DNA of 64,000 nucleotides from Octopus sinensis. Its lineage: Eukaryota. The notes below the pieces were generated by a model. That model had not been told where the DNA came from. It saw only the letters and a program-made list of their open reading frames with translations, and did not search any database. The stretch covers positions 66,712,001 through 66,776,000 of the forward strand of contig NC_043004.1 of assembly GCF_006345805.1 (NCBI RefSeq), in the 5' to 3' direction. Positions 38,069 through 52,390 of this stretch are shown here, piece by piece (the first letter of the stretch is position 1; every line of letters starts with the position of its first letter). The position numbers and the translations under genes are program-made.

Positions 38069-39812
38069 CACATACTCATACACATATGCATACGAGGACA
38101 TACACACGATTTTCTATTTCTACGAAGCACCATTGCTCTCCTCTCGTCTACATGAATCTACCGACGTTTCAGGAATAATATAATCCCAGTATTAGTATAA
38201 GAGAATGATGAAAGCCTCGAAATAATGAATAGTGAAGAATGAAGTGAAACATAGACGAAATCAATAATTCTGATTTAAGCATATTAAAGCTGAATTATTC
38301 ATGACATTTATTTTCATATTCCTCCTACCATTGTTAAATATATTTCACCGCTTTTCTATACACATACATGTATGACAATGCCTTAAGTAATCTACACAAT
38401 CTTGTATTTCCGTAGTTATTTTCCGACATCATGATTCTATTACAACATTATTAAGGAAATGAAAAGCCAGATACATCCTATTAAAACTTCAGTTCTGAAG
38501 TTTATAACCTAAGAAGTTCGAAAGTCACATGCTTTATATTGCAACAAAGATTTTCTACTCAGAATCTCAAGCAAAACGCGTCAATTAAATATACGAAGAC
38601 GTTATTAGGTTTTAAATCGAAAATGCCTGACATAGCAAATTGTCTGCGTGGACCAGAGCTGATGGAATAGACTTATCAAGAAAGATGTTCCTGAAACAAT
38701 TGTCTTGTTTTGTTATACAGTGCATATAGAGCCATATCATCAAATGATTTATTGTTGATGGCAGTCGATTATAATGTGGGTTTGCTGTGTTTAGATAATT
38801 ATGAAAACTTTGAGACATCATAATTTACTCATCAAACTTTACAACCTTTTTTTTTTTTTAACGATGCAGGTAGTTGACGCTCATCGACAAAGCCTATGAA
38901 CTGTTCTGTAGGTGTTTACATTTACGACTTTATTCAGTGTTCGCTTCCTTTTTCTGCTTACAAATGCATGCGTAAATGAGATTGCTACTATGGGAAATTA
39001 TTGCACAAATTTACTGGTTTTCGCTTTACGAGGGAACCAAATTGACCATAATGAACCATATTGAAGCATTAATATATATCTATGGGCGTGCGCTATGATA
39101 CATGTATTTGAACATTTCTACGAAAGATGTAACACGCATAGGACTGAGATTTCAGGATTCTTCTGGAGTACGTGATAGAGTACACTTTAATTTCCTTCTC
39201 GACGGCTGTGTGAGTTGTGATGTTGACTTTAAGCTATTAATATAGCAAACCGTTTATTGCGACTCTACTGTTTATGCGCTGGAATTTATTTACGTTTAAA
39301 TTTACACTGCAGACGCAATGTGTTTTAAGTCGTAGATGTAGGAACCTATTTCTGTTGAGATGAAATCACAGAAAATTACACGAAAATATTTTACAAATTC
39401 TCAAACTGTTTTGAAAGAAATACTTTATTCATGGTATGTAGTGTATCATTTTATTTTTAGTGAGTAATAGACGAGTGAAAGCTTATTTCAATCAAAGTAT
39501 AAAGAGGGACATTTGTCATTATACACATGGACAAACGTGATCATAAGTATATTTTTATCGAAAGTAGTGGTTCCTATATACGGTCAGGCTATTCCTGTAT
39601 CTTTAACACAATCATTTTCATTGGTTACAGTTATCCAAGGGGCTGCCCTAACACGCGAAGGAAATTGCATTAAGGATCTTTTATATTTTCATCGCTATAA
39701 GGTCAACTGCGACACTCAAAATGTTAGGAATCAATATAAGCCGGTACAAATATATGTCGTAACCCAAGCGTGAATCGAAAGAGCCAGCGTAGTTGTGACA
39801 GCAGATATATAG

Positions 39813-40176
39813 GGTACTCTTTTACTTGTTTCAGTCATTTGGAGTACCTCCTTTAGTCGAGCAAATCGAACCCAGGACTTATTCTTTGTAAGCCTAGTAC
39901 TTATTCTATCTATCTCTTTTGCCGAACCGCTAAGTTATGGAGATGCAAACGCACCACCATCTGTTGTCAAGCGATATTGGGAGGACAAACACAGACACAC
40001 AAACATATACAAACACATACACTTTCCGTCTATCAAATCCACTCAAGGCTTTGGTCGGCCCGAGGCTATAGTAGAAGACACTTGCCCAAGGTGCCATGCA
40101 GTGGGACTGAATCTGGAACCATGTGGTTGGTAAGCAAGCTACTTACCTACTTACCACTCAGCCACTCCTGCGCCTA
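39813..40176 (-). mobile_element. SINE family B copy with internal deletion
   Basis: Matches 12635-13161 but lacks the central (TA)n. Confidence 0.85.
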
Positions 40177-40726
40177 TATATAAGATCTGGTGAGTTCAGT
40201 AGTCATAATTCAGCAACTGTTAGTAAATTGGATACTGTATTTAGACTACATGTTCCTCCTTATCCGTCTACTAAGAAAGGTCGATAGGTAAATACTTTGA
40301 GAAGGATTGGTCACTCTGTAAAAGATAAAACAAATGAGTTTTCCAAGAACCATCGACAAGTAAATTTATCTCGCATTTATACAGATTTATGCACACACAT
40401 ACAAAAATGGGTGCTTGAAGTTATATAATATGCAAGTGTATAGGTGTCTATGCGTATTGGTTTCTCTCTCTTTTGCTCTATATGTCTGTCTCTCTCTCTC
40501 CATCGTCATATATGGATAATAAACAAGTTTAAAATAATGGTCATTGCATATTTTTCCTATATTGGAGAAAATTTGGGTTACAGCTGTTTCGAGTCGTCAT
40601 TATTGGTACATTACTGATAGGTTTGCTGAACCATCGATCATTTGAGGAAAATTGAACGACATAAGAAAATTAATACTACTTGCATCAGAGCCATTTCTAA
40701 TTAAATATATATATATATAATATATA

Positions 40727-40764
<38 letters not shown>

Positions 40765-40768
40765 TATA

Positions 40769-40819
<51 letters not shown>

Positions 40820-41321
40820 CATGTATGTATTTACTTCTTTGGGTATATTTGTAAAACTCATAATTCGCACTTCCACCACAGAATATAATATTAAATATCG
40901 CTCATCTGATTTTCTCACTGAGAGTTGCAACTAATATTACGAAATCAATAATCAGACTATATCAAATGGTGTCACATGCCAAACGGCTTTACGGAACATT
41001 GCTTCGTATTTGTATTTCAACAAATTAATGATATTAGAAAAGGAAAAATATGTCTGCAGATAGGTTAAGATCGTTTTTTTTAAGTTATTATATATTTCAG
41101 AATAACTTTATTAATTGAACAATTATGATTTACAAGTGAAATTGAAATTTAATAATCTCAGTTATTTGTTTCGTATGAACAGGTCGCACGGTTTTCTAGT
41201 TTTGCATGTATTTTACAGCATATGAGTTAAACATTTTGTACGCAAGTTAATTGATGCTATGTGAGGTTAGTATGTAATATCTGTAAAAGCTGAACATTCA
41301 GTTAATAATAGATTTAATGTA

Positions 41322-41872
41322 TTGGGTTGTCCGGAAAGTTCGTGCCGATTTTTAAAGGAAAGAAAAAGGTCAATAAATACTTGACATTACATTTTAATCA
41401 ACCATTTTGTTGCACAATGCGTCTCCATCTTTCCTTTAACTTGAAAATACCCTCTTCCCAGAATTGAGGAGGTTTCATGGCAAAGAATTCTTCAAGGTAT
41501 CTTTTTACGTCATCCAAAGAATTGAAATTTTTACCATTAAAACTATTCAGCAGAGACCTGAATAAGTGGAAATCCGAAGGAGCAATATCTGGTGAATATG
41601 GAGGGTGGGGTAACACATCCCAGCCGAGCTGCAGCAATTTTTGTCTGGTTCCCAAAACATCAAGTGCCGAAAATGAACTTTCTTATCTTTCCTTTTATAG
41701 GGTTACATAATTACTACACGTTATAGGAACATAAATCTTCCGCGAAAAGATAGCTTTAGCTGTGCTCTAAAGGGGGGTGTAGTCAAATCCTATTTTATGG
41801 ACACAACCATGGTCTAAAATAAGTCGAAATGTAATCTACTATAAATCGGCACGGACTTTCCGGACAACCCAA
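41322..41872 (-). mobile_element. 551-bp internally deleted mariner element with both TIRs and TA TSD
   Basis: TIRs TTGGGTTGTCCGGAAAGTTCGTGCCGATTT / AAATCGGCACGGACTTTCCGGACAACCCAA; ORF 41398-41655 has LPHPPYSPDIAPSDFHLF...GIFKLKERW. Confidence 0.92.
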
Positions 41873-43221
41873 TAATATACTTTTAGAGATTAGATTTTCA
41901 TTTCTCAATGAAACTTTTAATAAAATAGGTTGAATTAGAAAGTATAAGAGGAATTGAAAGGCGGCAATACAGTTATTGTTCAGTTACCCTTTTCAAATAG
42001 GAACAGCGTGTAACGTGTTTTCGTATTTTGCGCATCGCATAAGAATGGAGACAATGCAATATTCATATCTATATAAATTGCATAATAATAATTTCATAAT
42101 AATAATAGTTTCAGCTCCGCAGTGTTGTTGTTATTTCTTGGCCTAATCCTTATTAGATATCTCCATATAGTTCATATTCAAATACATTTGAACCGAAACC
42201 ATCTGGGGATATTTATTTTGTTTCTGCAGACATCAAAATATATTTCATTAAATATTAAAAAAAAGAAGAAAAAACGACTGGGGAATCATTTTACAGAGAT
42301 TTTAAAACTACTTTTAGCACAGAGTGGCCACATAAAAGATATTTTCTTTAATTCCTTGAAGATAAGTTTAAACTAAAATCTACTACAAAATTAATAAAAC
42401 TTTAAGAAAAATTCGGAAATTTGGAAATCTCATAGCCCCTAATTTTTTTTCCAGTAAGAAAAGGGCCAGAAAACTCATAGATATTTCCTGTGGTCTTCAT
42501 TTTATGCGAACCTCGTATTTGGTGTTTCAGAGCCACATAATTATTTTTGGCGGTGGCGAAAGTATAAATTGCTAAAAATAATGTTGCCAAATTTTATTAT
42601 CAACTCATTAATTTCCTGATTGTAGGTTATATGTATTCTGTTTACAAATATATGGTCTTTACTTCTTGTTTGCAATTTACTATCTTTAAAGCCAGGATTA
42701 GTCTCGTTTGAAATCGGGGACGTTTGTGAATAGCATAATAATGTTTTTATTTAACAAATGGAAGTAAATTATTTTCTTTGCAAATTAGTTTCATTTACTG
42801 AAAAGAAATGAAGAAAAAAGAAACCGAAGCATTAACAACAATTGGCTGCATTCCTAAGTTCTTATGTGGAAGATCTATCTTTGTAGCCTTGTTTCTACTC
42901 GGAAGAAAACCTCCCTACTGAACGATGCAAAGTATATCTAAAACTCTGAACATCACTGCAACTAACATAAAAGCAACGCCAGTAACAAAATAAGTGATGA
43001 TGGGGACGCAGATGACGATATTATTGTTCCTCTTCTTATTATTATTTTACTTCTCAAAGATCATCGTCTTCTTAAGACTGGTTGATTCTGTGAGAGCGAA
43101 CAAAGTCTCTTTCAACAAACTATGACACTTGCATGTTAAGTTATCGAGGAAGAAACAGCACCCGAACACAATTCTGAAAATCCTAGCCGTTCACAACAGA
43201 GCGGTTTGGGGGGGGGAAGCT

Positions 43222-43503
43222 CTACTTCTTCTCCTTCTCCTTCTTCTTCTCCTTCTTCTTCTTCTTCTTCTTCTTCTTCTTCTTCTTCTTCTTCTTCTTC
43301 TCTTCTTCTTCTTCTCTTCTTCTTCTTCTCCTTCCTCTTCCTCCTCCTCCTCCTCGTTGTTGTTGTTGTTCCTTTTCCTCTTCTTCTTCGTCTTCTCCTT
43401 CTTCTCCTTCGCTTTCTTCTTCTTCTCATTATTATAGTTCTTCTTCTTCTTTTTCTTCTTCTTCTTCTTCTTCTTCTCCTTCTTCTTCTTCTTATTCTTA
43501 TTC

Positions 43504-43543
<40 letters not shown>

Positions 43544-43760
43544 TAAGTTAGCTGGCAGTAACGTTAGCACGCCGGGCGAAATGCGTAGCTGTATTTCGTC
43601 TGGAATTACGTTCTGAGTTCAAATTCCGCCGAGGCCGACTTTGCCTTTCATCTATTCGAGGTCGATAAATTAAGTATTAGTTGCGTACTGCAGTCTACGT
43701 GAGGTCGTCTATGTCTTTCATCCTTTCGGGGTCAAGAAATTAAGTACGAATGAAACAAGT
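43222..43760 (+). mobile_element. (CTT)n-(TTA)n array abutting a SINE family A copy (43545-43760)
   Basis: The microsatellite is followed directly by AGCTGGCAGTAACGTTAGCACGCCGGGCGAAATGCG... Confidence 0.8.
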
Positions 43761-44529
43761 TCAGGCCTTGTTCTTATCGTAGAGCGGATTATTATTATTT
43801 CTGCTGTAAGCTCAAAGTAATCATTTTTGAGTGATTCAAGGATTTTAGTGCCTAAAGTCTACTTTGTTTTTCCGATTCGAGAAACAAGAAAGACAAGTTA
43901 ACTCCAGTGGGATGCGAACTCAGAACATAGAATGACGGAGTAAATAACGCAAAATATTTATTTTTTTCTCACACACTAATGCCTAGAGAAAGGATAAAAT
44001 GTCAACAGAACAAGGTAAAGATTAAGGAAATGTTCATCATATTAATCACTAATTAGATAAGGTTGTCGCACATAAGTGGCATCGGGAACGTTAATTAAAG
44101 ACCCTTTGACACCTGACAGATGGAAATTTAGCTTTCTGTGATCTTTAGATAAAATGGAATTAGGCAGTTGACACTTAATAAGGGAGTTGGTAGATTAGGG
44201 TAGATCAGATTGAAGCAGTTGTGTCATTGAATGCTACAAGAAAGAGAAACGGAAAAAGGGAGGCAAGCAGGGTGTGAGAGTTGCGGTCGGTTATAGATGT
44301 TGTAGCGGAAGGGAGTTATAGCTAGAGGAATTGATATTTAAGAGAAGAACAGAAAGAGAGAGAGAAAGAGGTGACAAAAGAAGGATAAAGAGAGAAGGAG
44401 ATGTGCAGAAATTAATTTTAGAAAGGGATATCTATATGGTTTGCGAAACAAATCCAAATGACATTAATTGAAATCATTAGACACATAGATTGGTTGGAAA
44501 CAACGTGTGTGTGTATGCATGAATGTGTG

Positions 44530-44568
<39 letters not shown>

Positions 44569-44639
44569 GCATATATATATATGTATATATATATGTGTGT
44601 ATATAAATTCATATATATATATATATATACATATATATG

Positions 44640-44700
<61 letters not shown>

Positions 44701-44913
44701 TATATATATATCAATGGCTGTTAATATATTCATATATATATATAAATGGATGTAAATACTTTCATAAATATGAGCGCGCTCACATACACACATAGATGCA
44801 CACACACACATAAAATAGAGAGTAAGAGAGAGAGGAAAGAAGAGTGAGACACATGTGTGTATGTGCGTTTTTGTGTGCATGATTGTATAATTTGAGAATA
44901 ATGTGGGTAGGCA

Positions 44914-44959
<46 letters not shown>

Positions 44960-45331
44960 GGCGATAAAAAGACACCAGTTCATCTAATGAATGCTAATCA
45001 ATTAACAACCGAAGATATCCAGCTGTGACTTTATTGAAATTTAGACACAATTAAGGCGAGGATTAACCAATCACAACTAGATTTTGGCATCATTTCTCTC
45101 GTCACCATTTTAATTTAATATTAAAATTCATAATTTTAATATCTCCAAGAAAATATTAGCGAAAATGATAGACTGAATTTAATTACATGATTCTTGACTA
45201 AACATCCTGCATTTCAGGAGAAAGTTTTGTAAATAGCAATATATGTGTGTCTTTCTTTGTGTGTAGGAGTATGTTTGTGCATTGATGTGTGAGTGTATAT
45301 GTGTATTTTATATCTTTGCTTATATATATAC

Positions 45332-45375
<44 letters not shown>

Positions 45376-45376
45376 A

Positions 45377-45417
<41 letters not shown>

Positions 45418-46905
45418 TATGCATATACGTATATACGTATATGCATATATGTATATACGTATATATATATGCGAATGTATGTGTACATTTGATATATAAT
45501 ATATATATAGAGAGAGAGGGAGGGAAAGACAGACAGACAGACAGACAGAAATAACTAGATAGATAGATGCGTGTGAGTGTATATTTTTCTGTGGTTGATA
45601 TTATGTGTGCATATGAGTGCGCTTAGACTATGTAACTGTTTCGAAATATTTCACCGGAAAATTGTGATTTTGCATATTAAAAATATGGAGTTAATGATAT
45701 TTGCAGCGATAGGCGAATTTAGATTTTTGATAGATAGGGTTCGACATAATGATTCAAAAATATTGTGCTTGTTTGCTAGAATCAACTAAGACACTTGAAA
45801 ACGGTATCCCAGTTTGGTAACAGCAAAAGATTGCCAACAAATTTCTCTAGCAGGATATTGCTTTCTTTCGTGGCCTATATTGTTTGGTGAGTTTAGTTGA
45901 TGTAAGAAACTGTGTTGAGCTTATCGTGATTATAAGCTTGATGTAACATGATCAATATTCATAATTGCGCAAGAAAATTTGTTCCTCCATTTGTTCTTGG
46001 CACTAATTGGTTTTGTATGAATTTGAAAAACCGAAAAATAATTTTTTAATGTCTTTTAATGTACGACCATGATGTAATATATTTTTATCACATATTAAAC
46101 ACACGTTGTTTTTCTGTCTATAATTTAAGATCTCTGTTTCAAGTGGAAGCGTTTACGAGTAACTGCAAAATGTTAGTACAATCTTATATAATAAAAACTA
46201 CAATTCACACACATACTGTATATGTGAGCCAGAGTGAATTGCATGCGTGAGTGCGTCTCTGTGTATCTGTGGGTGTTTGCGTGTCTGTGTGTGCATATGT
46301 ATGACATTAGAAATCTATATTCACATTTCATTTGCACGGATTTCTTTATATTTTTTGCTTGAAACAGACGGTGACGTTTAAACACGTTTTCAGAGTTTCA
46401 ATCCACTCAATCTAAAATATAATATACGCCGAATTGGCTTTCATAAGCTGTTCACAATCTATGTTTCTACATGTAAATATTGTTCATTGAGTTGGAAGTT
46501 GGTGCAATTGTAGGCACCCACAACCCCACCGCAATTGCATAAACTGAAGTTGCCGCAAGACTTAATAAATCTATATTCTGAAGTTCTTTATATTTTACTA
46601 GGCAATTTTTTAATGATGCAATTTTTTTAAATAATGGAATTTGATTGAATTGCATTCTGGAACTCTAGATTAGAACATGTTTTTTTCTGATATTAAAGTA
46701 ATTCTAATAGAGCAGTCATGCTTTGCATCTAATAATCCACACCACATTAGAATACTAAGGTGCCATACTCTCACCATGTGCCGAAATCCTTCCTGAAATA
46801 TATATTCACCAACTTAGTCGAATTTGTGTTGTATAAACGTGTTGTTTGTTGGAATAACTATGAATTTGTCTATCTACATATCCAAATATATATTATTTAT
46901 ATATA

Positions 46906-47385
46906 CAGGGTGAGTCAAAAGTTACTTGCAAAAAAAAACAAGAAACATTTTGTATGATGTTTTATTTAAAATTCGATTAGGGCTGTAGATGTGGCCACCT
47001 GCTTCAGCCACGTAGGAATTGCGTCAACTGATTTCAGCAGGAACTTCCATGGAATGGGGGTGTAATGTCTTGTATTCGCTCTTCAGGTTTTCGCAAAATC
47101 TTTGGTTTAGTACAGTAGTTTTGTTCCTTTAAACACCCCCCCCCCAAAAAAAAAAAGTTACAATGTGTTAAGTCGGGAATCTTGGCTGGCCATTCATACA
47201 GAACACGACGAACCATCCATTTCGCAGTGAAGGTGAAATTCAACCATGACCGAACGACAAAAGCAAAACGACTACAGATGAAAATCTCATAATTCAAAAA
47301 ACAAACACAAAAATTTGAGAAAAAAATACAATTAATAAATAAACTGGAAGTATTTGAAAATAGGGATTGATTTTCAATCACCCTT
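46906..47385 (-). mobile_element. internally deleted Tc1/mariner (maT/DD37D-like) element, TA TSD
   Basis: Ends CAGGGTGAGTCAAAA / TTTTCAATCACCCTT; ORF 47034-47381 has EWPAKIPDLTHCNFF...LKEQNYCTKPK, resembling WPARSPDLTPCDFFLWG. Confidence 0.75.
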
Positions 47386-47489
47386 TATATATGTGTGTGT
47401 GAAAAGATAGATATCAATATATATATATATAAGAATTTTTTGCGTAATAAGATAAAAAAACCAAGGCTGAATAGATATTAGAGCATTGA

Positions 47490-47555
47490 TAGATAGTCTT
47501 ACAGCTGTTTCTAGGATATTTATTAATAATATCCCTTCATCGGAGATGGTCTGAG
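47490..47555 (-). ncRNA. degenerate minimal hammerhead ribozyme with palindromic stem III loop
   Basis: Reverse complement: TCT-CCGATGA-A-GGGATATT...AATATCCT-A-GAAAC-AGCT-GT-A-AGA. Confidence 0.55.
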
Positions 47556-48382
47556 AGGATAGTTAAAATCATAGTTAGTTTAGATGTGATACAAAATAGA
47601 GAGTGAGGTGAATTAAAGAAAATAGATGTAAGATATGTATGAGTATTGAAGTTGTAAATCCGCTTTATAAGCATAATGGTATATATGCAATATTTCAATA
47701 TCCTTTTGAGTAAAATCCAAAAGTCCAACAGAGTTTAATATGAGTCCTTCCAAAAGGACTCATATATATGCCTACATATATATACATATCTATATCTATA
47801 TACATACACAAAGCGATGAAAATAATTTGACAAATTAAATTTACACGTTGAAGTGAATGTAGCGGTTTGTGTGTGTTTCTTAATTGACTAATACACACCA
47901 TGCACGCTGCAATTGTTTTTGTATCAGCACACGATTTCAGACCAGGTGACTTGCTATGCAAGTACATCCCCGTAATATTTTTATTAAATTTTATATAAAT
48001 CAAATTATGAGAATAATTTAAATGTCCTAGCTTCGATAACGCAGAATAACAGTAATATCTACGTCAATCATATAAAAAACATGAGAACCAGTTTATTGGA
48101 CGTTCTCCCGGATAGGTTAGCATCAAGAAATTTACCTGTTCCCGAACATAGCTCAACCTGATTCAAAATTGATAAAGGTCCGATGTTTGAAAAAATTGCA
48201 GGCGCGGCGGTGTAGTAACAAGTTGGTTTCCCAACCACAAGGTTCTGGGTTTCGTCATACATTTCTGCTCTAGACACAAGGGCCGAAATGTTGGGGGACA
48301 GGCCCAGTCGATTAGATTGACACCAGTACGCAACTGGTAATTAATTTATATACATATATATATATCGATATGCATTTTAATA

Positions 48383-48418
<36 letters not shown>

Positions 48419-49377
48419 AAAAAATGAAGTTCGAAAATGCTGCTGTATTATACAATTTTTAATTTTTATATATACATTATAACATGTTTCAGTTCCTGAA
48501 ATGAACCTTATCAAAAAAAGTTATATATAAAAAAAAAATGCTCATGCCGTCAAACACAAGAAATTCATTTATAATACACAACGGAGTCAGACATCTTAGA
48601 GTTCATGTATAGTTGATATATAGTTCATGTATAGTTTGAAGTATATGTTCAAAGTGTTCGATGCAGTGGCCCACGGTGGCGATACGTATTCAATACAGAA
48701 AACAGATCAAAGTGGTGGAAAGCGGTCAATACAGAAGATTGATGTTTCCGAAAGAGCGAGGAATTCATTTTTACCTTAAGCAATTGTGATGATCCATGGT
48801 GGATGTTCGCTGGGTGGTTCTAGTGAGTTTTTGTGAAGTGCTCGGTTTTATAATGCCTGTTAGGTGGTCAATCCAGCGTAGCGTGACGTCATCAACGTTT
48901 TGACCAATCGTTTCGTTAGGTGGCTTTAGTCAAGCCACAGCTCGTGAGCTAAAACTAGAATCAATCAATCAATCAATCATATATATATATAAATGTATTC
49001 ACATGCATATATATCTGAGTGCGTGGCATTGCGTTTGCTTCCCAACTACTGACCACTTTACGACAGATGTTGGTATATTTACGTCCTCATAGCCCAGCGG
49101 TTCTTCAAAAGAGACCGGTTGAATATGTACCAGGTTCTAACAAAATAAATAATGGGTGCGATTCGTTCGAATAAAATTCTTCCACGTGGTGCCCCAAAAT
49201 AACCGCAGTCTAATGATTGAAGCAATTCAAAAACAAAAGATCACCAAATGTAATATATATATATATAGATATATATGTACATATACATATACATAAATAT
49301 ATATATATATATATATATACATATATATAATATATGTATATATATATATATCTATATATATATATACATATACATGC

Positions 49378-49408
<31 letters not shown>

Positions 49409-49483
49409 TATGCATATATATATAGATATATACATATACATATATAATATATATATTTAAACACACATACACACACACACAAT

Positions 49484-49533
<50 letters not shown>

Positions 49534-49534
49534 T

Positions 49535-50110
49535 TATTGAGGGTACTACTATTCGTAGATACCACACGCTAAGAGGGACCAATGCGGGCAAAACTACTAA
49601 AATAAACAAAATTTTACCGAATGCAAAACTTCAAAGCAAATCATTTAAAAAAAGAAATTAGTTACATATCACCTGTGATTTCGCAATTAATGCAGAATAT
49701 GCATTCTATGTTCATCAGTGCAAGAAACTCAAGAAATATAAGAAAAAACATAACCTTACAAGCTCGATAGCCAACCGTAGAATTCGTCGTAGCATGTACG
49801 AATGCTTATCTTTACATATCTATGAAAATGGCCGGCTTATTCGCAATGCATTTCGGTAACAAATTGCCTACTCGGAATAAAAATTCAGTATTGAACTATT
49901 CCGGTGAAAAATATAAATTAACAATTGAGGATAAAATCTTTAAAAGAAATTATCAGTAGTTAGCGTGAAAAACCTCGTAAGAGAAAAAATCCGTAAATTC
50001 TTCCTCTTTGAAAATATTCATTTATATTATATTGAGGGTACTACTATTCGTAGATACCAACACGCTAAGAGGGACCAATGCGGTCAAAACTACTAAAATA
50101 AACAAAATTT
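49535..50110 (+). repeat. two direct repeats of about 81 bp, about 495 bp apart
   Basis: TATTGAGGGTACTACTATTCGTAGATACC...CTAAGAGGGACCAATGCGG..AAAACTACTAAAATAAACAAAATTT at 49535-49615 and 50030-50110. Confidence 0.85.
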
Positions 50111-51645
50111 ATATATATATAACTGTCCTGGGATTTGTTCGACTAAAGTTGGTGCTCCACCATGGCCGTAGTCTAATGACTAAAATATCTAAAAGAATAA
50201 AAGAATAAATAACCTCTGTTTCTATAGGCATTTCTAGAACGATTCCTCTTTTGCAAATACAGTACGAATGAGAGTAAATATAACACCAAAGACAGATACA
50301 AAGAGAAATCATTTAGAAAGTATGTTAAAGATGTAGCATTTTGCCCTCTGTTAAAAATCTATACAAGAGGCAGCAGAATGAAAACACTGACGACTCTGAA
50401 TATAATGAAGAAACAGCCAAATAGAATGCGTAATAATATAGGATATTTTTAATTTTGTCACACCGTAACACACTAAGTAATGTTATCCGCAGGCTCAACT
50501 GTTAATGGCTCTCATTCTTTGGAGTATTCCTTAAAAAATAACATAAATATTCCACAAAATTATATGAAATCATGCAAATAATTAATATAACCAGGTTATA
50601 ATAAAAATCACGGAATAGTAATAATAGCTAATACGTAGTTAACGAATATACAAGCATAAGGAAATACGCAGCAAATATGACCAAAAAAGGAATAACGCAC
50701 AAAAGAAATGTGATACGATTGTATGACTACCGGCATATTTCTGCTAATTATCTTTATGTCATCACGACGTGTATATCACTGTTTTCTCTCGTTAATTATC
50801 TGCAAATGTTTTCGATTCCGTAGATGTTTGATTAAGGTTCTTCTCTTTTTTTTCTTTTGGAGGTGTGAAGTGGGGTAGAGGATGGAGGTGAGGTTGTATT
50901 AATTGACGGTAGTGTCATGGATATAATTATTTTTGTTCAGGGATGTGAAGATATATTTGTAAACACACACACACATGCACACATACACACACACATCACA
51001 CGTGCACTCACACATACATGCACATGTGTGCAAACACACACAGACACACACACACACTCAATCACATACAAACACAGAGAGACATTTATATACATTTATA
51101 TTAAAAGAGAAAGAGTGCGTGCTTGTTTGTGTGTGTGTGTATGTGTGTAAGTGCATGTGCGAACGCTTGTGTGTGTATGTGTATACATGTTTGTGTTTGT
51201 GTTTTTGTGTGTGTGTACGTGTGCGCGCGCGTGTGTATGTTGGGGAGAGAATAGAAGAAAGAGAAAGAGAAAGTCCTCTCTGGTAAATTTTTGATCATGA
51301 TTAACTAAGATCAGGTGAAGGTGATTATGTAATTATGTGCCATTTCCTATTTTTTAGAATAATATATTTATATCTTTAAGTTATATGGGAAAGCGGCGCC
51401 TATAATAATTTTCTGGATCTCTGAGTCAACCATGAATGAGGAAGTTTCCCTGGCACCAAACACTTTGCCCTAATATTTAGGAAAGTATAGCCTATGATAA
51501 AAACATCCGAGATGCCTGAATGCTGTTTTAAATAGTGTAACAGATGACGTGCAACAGCCATTGAGGTTACGTAAGGGTCTTAAAGTAAGAATCGAAGAGC
51601 TGGAAATAAATGTACTATGTCCCATTCCAATGATTCAAGCACCAA

Positions 51646-51857
51646 AGCGGCGAGCTGGCAGAAACGTTAGCATGCCGGGCGGAATGCGTAGCCGTATTTC
51701 GTCTGCCGCTACATTCTGAGTTCAAATTCTGCCGAGGTCCACTTTGCCTTTCATCGTTTCGGGATCGATAAATTAAGCACCAGTTGCGTACTGGGGTCGA
51801 TCTAATCGACTGGACCCCTCCCCAATAATTTCGAGCCTTGTGCCTCGAGGAGAAAAG
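51646..51857 (+). mobile_element. SINE family A copy with alternative tail and 17-bp TSD
   Basis: AATGATTCAAGCACCAA at 51629-51645 and 51858-51874. Confidence 0.9.
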
Positions 51858-52023
51858 AATGATTCAAGCACCAACAGTAGCAACACTTGCATTGACAGAT
51901 TAAATTGTAGGTGAAGTAATTGCTAGGAAAGAACAGCTGCATCATCTGAGCCAGAGTTGTCATAATGTTCCCTAGATACTGCGAACGGGAAAAATTAAGT
52001 GCTGCACATATTTGTTGCAAGAA

Positions 52024-52080
<57 letters not shown>

Positions 52081-52085
52081 ACATA

Positions 52086-52390
52086 TATCGTTTGTTCCTT
52101 CTTGAGCCATGCCTGGCTCATAAGGGCCAGTTTCCCAGTTTCCTTAGCGTATAGGTTCCCCACCTGGACGGGACATTGGTCCGTCGCAGGTGAGCTGCAA
52201 GATGCAGGAGGAAAGAGTGAGAGAATGTTGTGGCGAAAGAGTCAGCAGAAGTTCGCCATTACCATCTGCCGGAGTCGGGTGGAGCTTAGGGGTTTTGCTC
52301 ATAAACACACACACTGCCCGGTCTGAGATTCGAACCCGTGATCCCTTGACCGCGAGTCCGCTGCTCTAACCACTGGACCATGTGCCTCTA
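52086..52390 (-). mobile_element. tRNA-derived SINE family C
   Basis: Head GAGGCACATGGTCCAGTGGTTAGAGC...GGGTTCGAATCTC (A and B boxes); 3' part CCTGCGACGGACCAATGTCCCGTCCAGG is reminiscent of V/Meta-type central domains (from recall). Confidence 0.8.

Noticed and set aside
52320-52390. tRNA gene
   Set aside because: A and B boxes are present, but I found no acceptor-stem pairing and the sequence continues into a SINE body.
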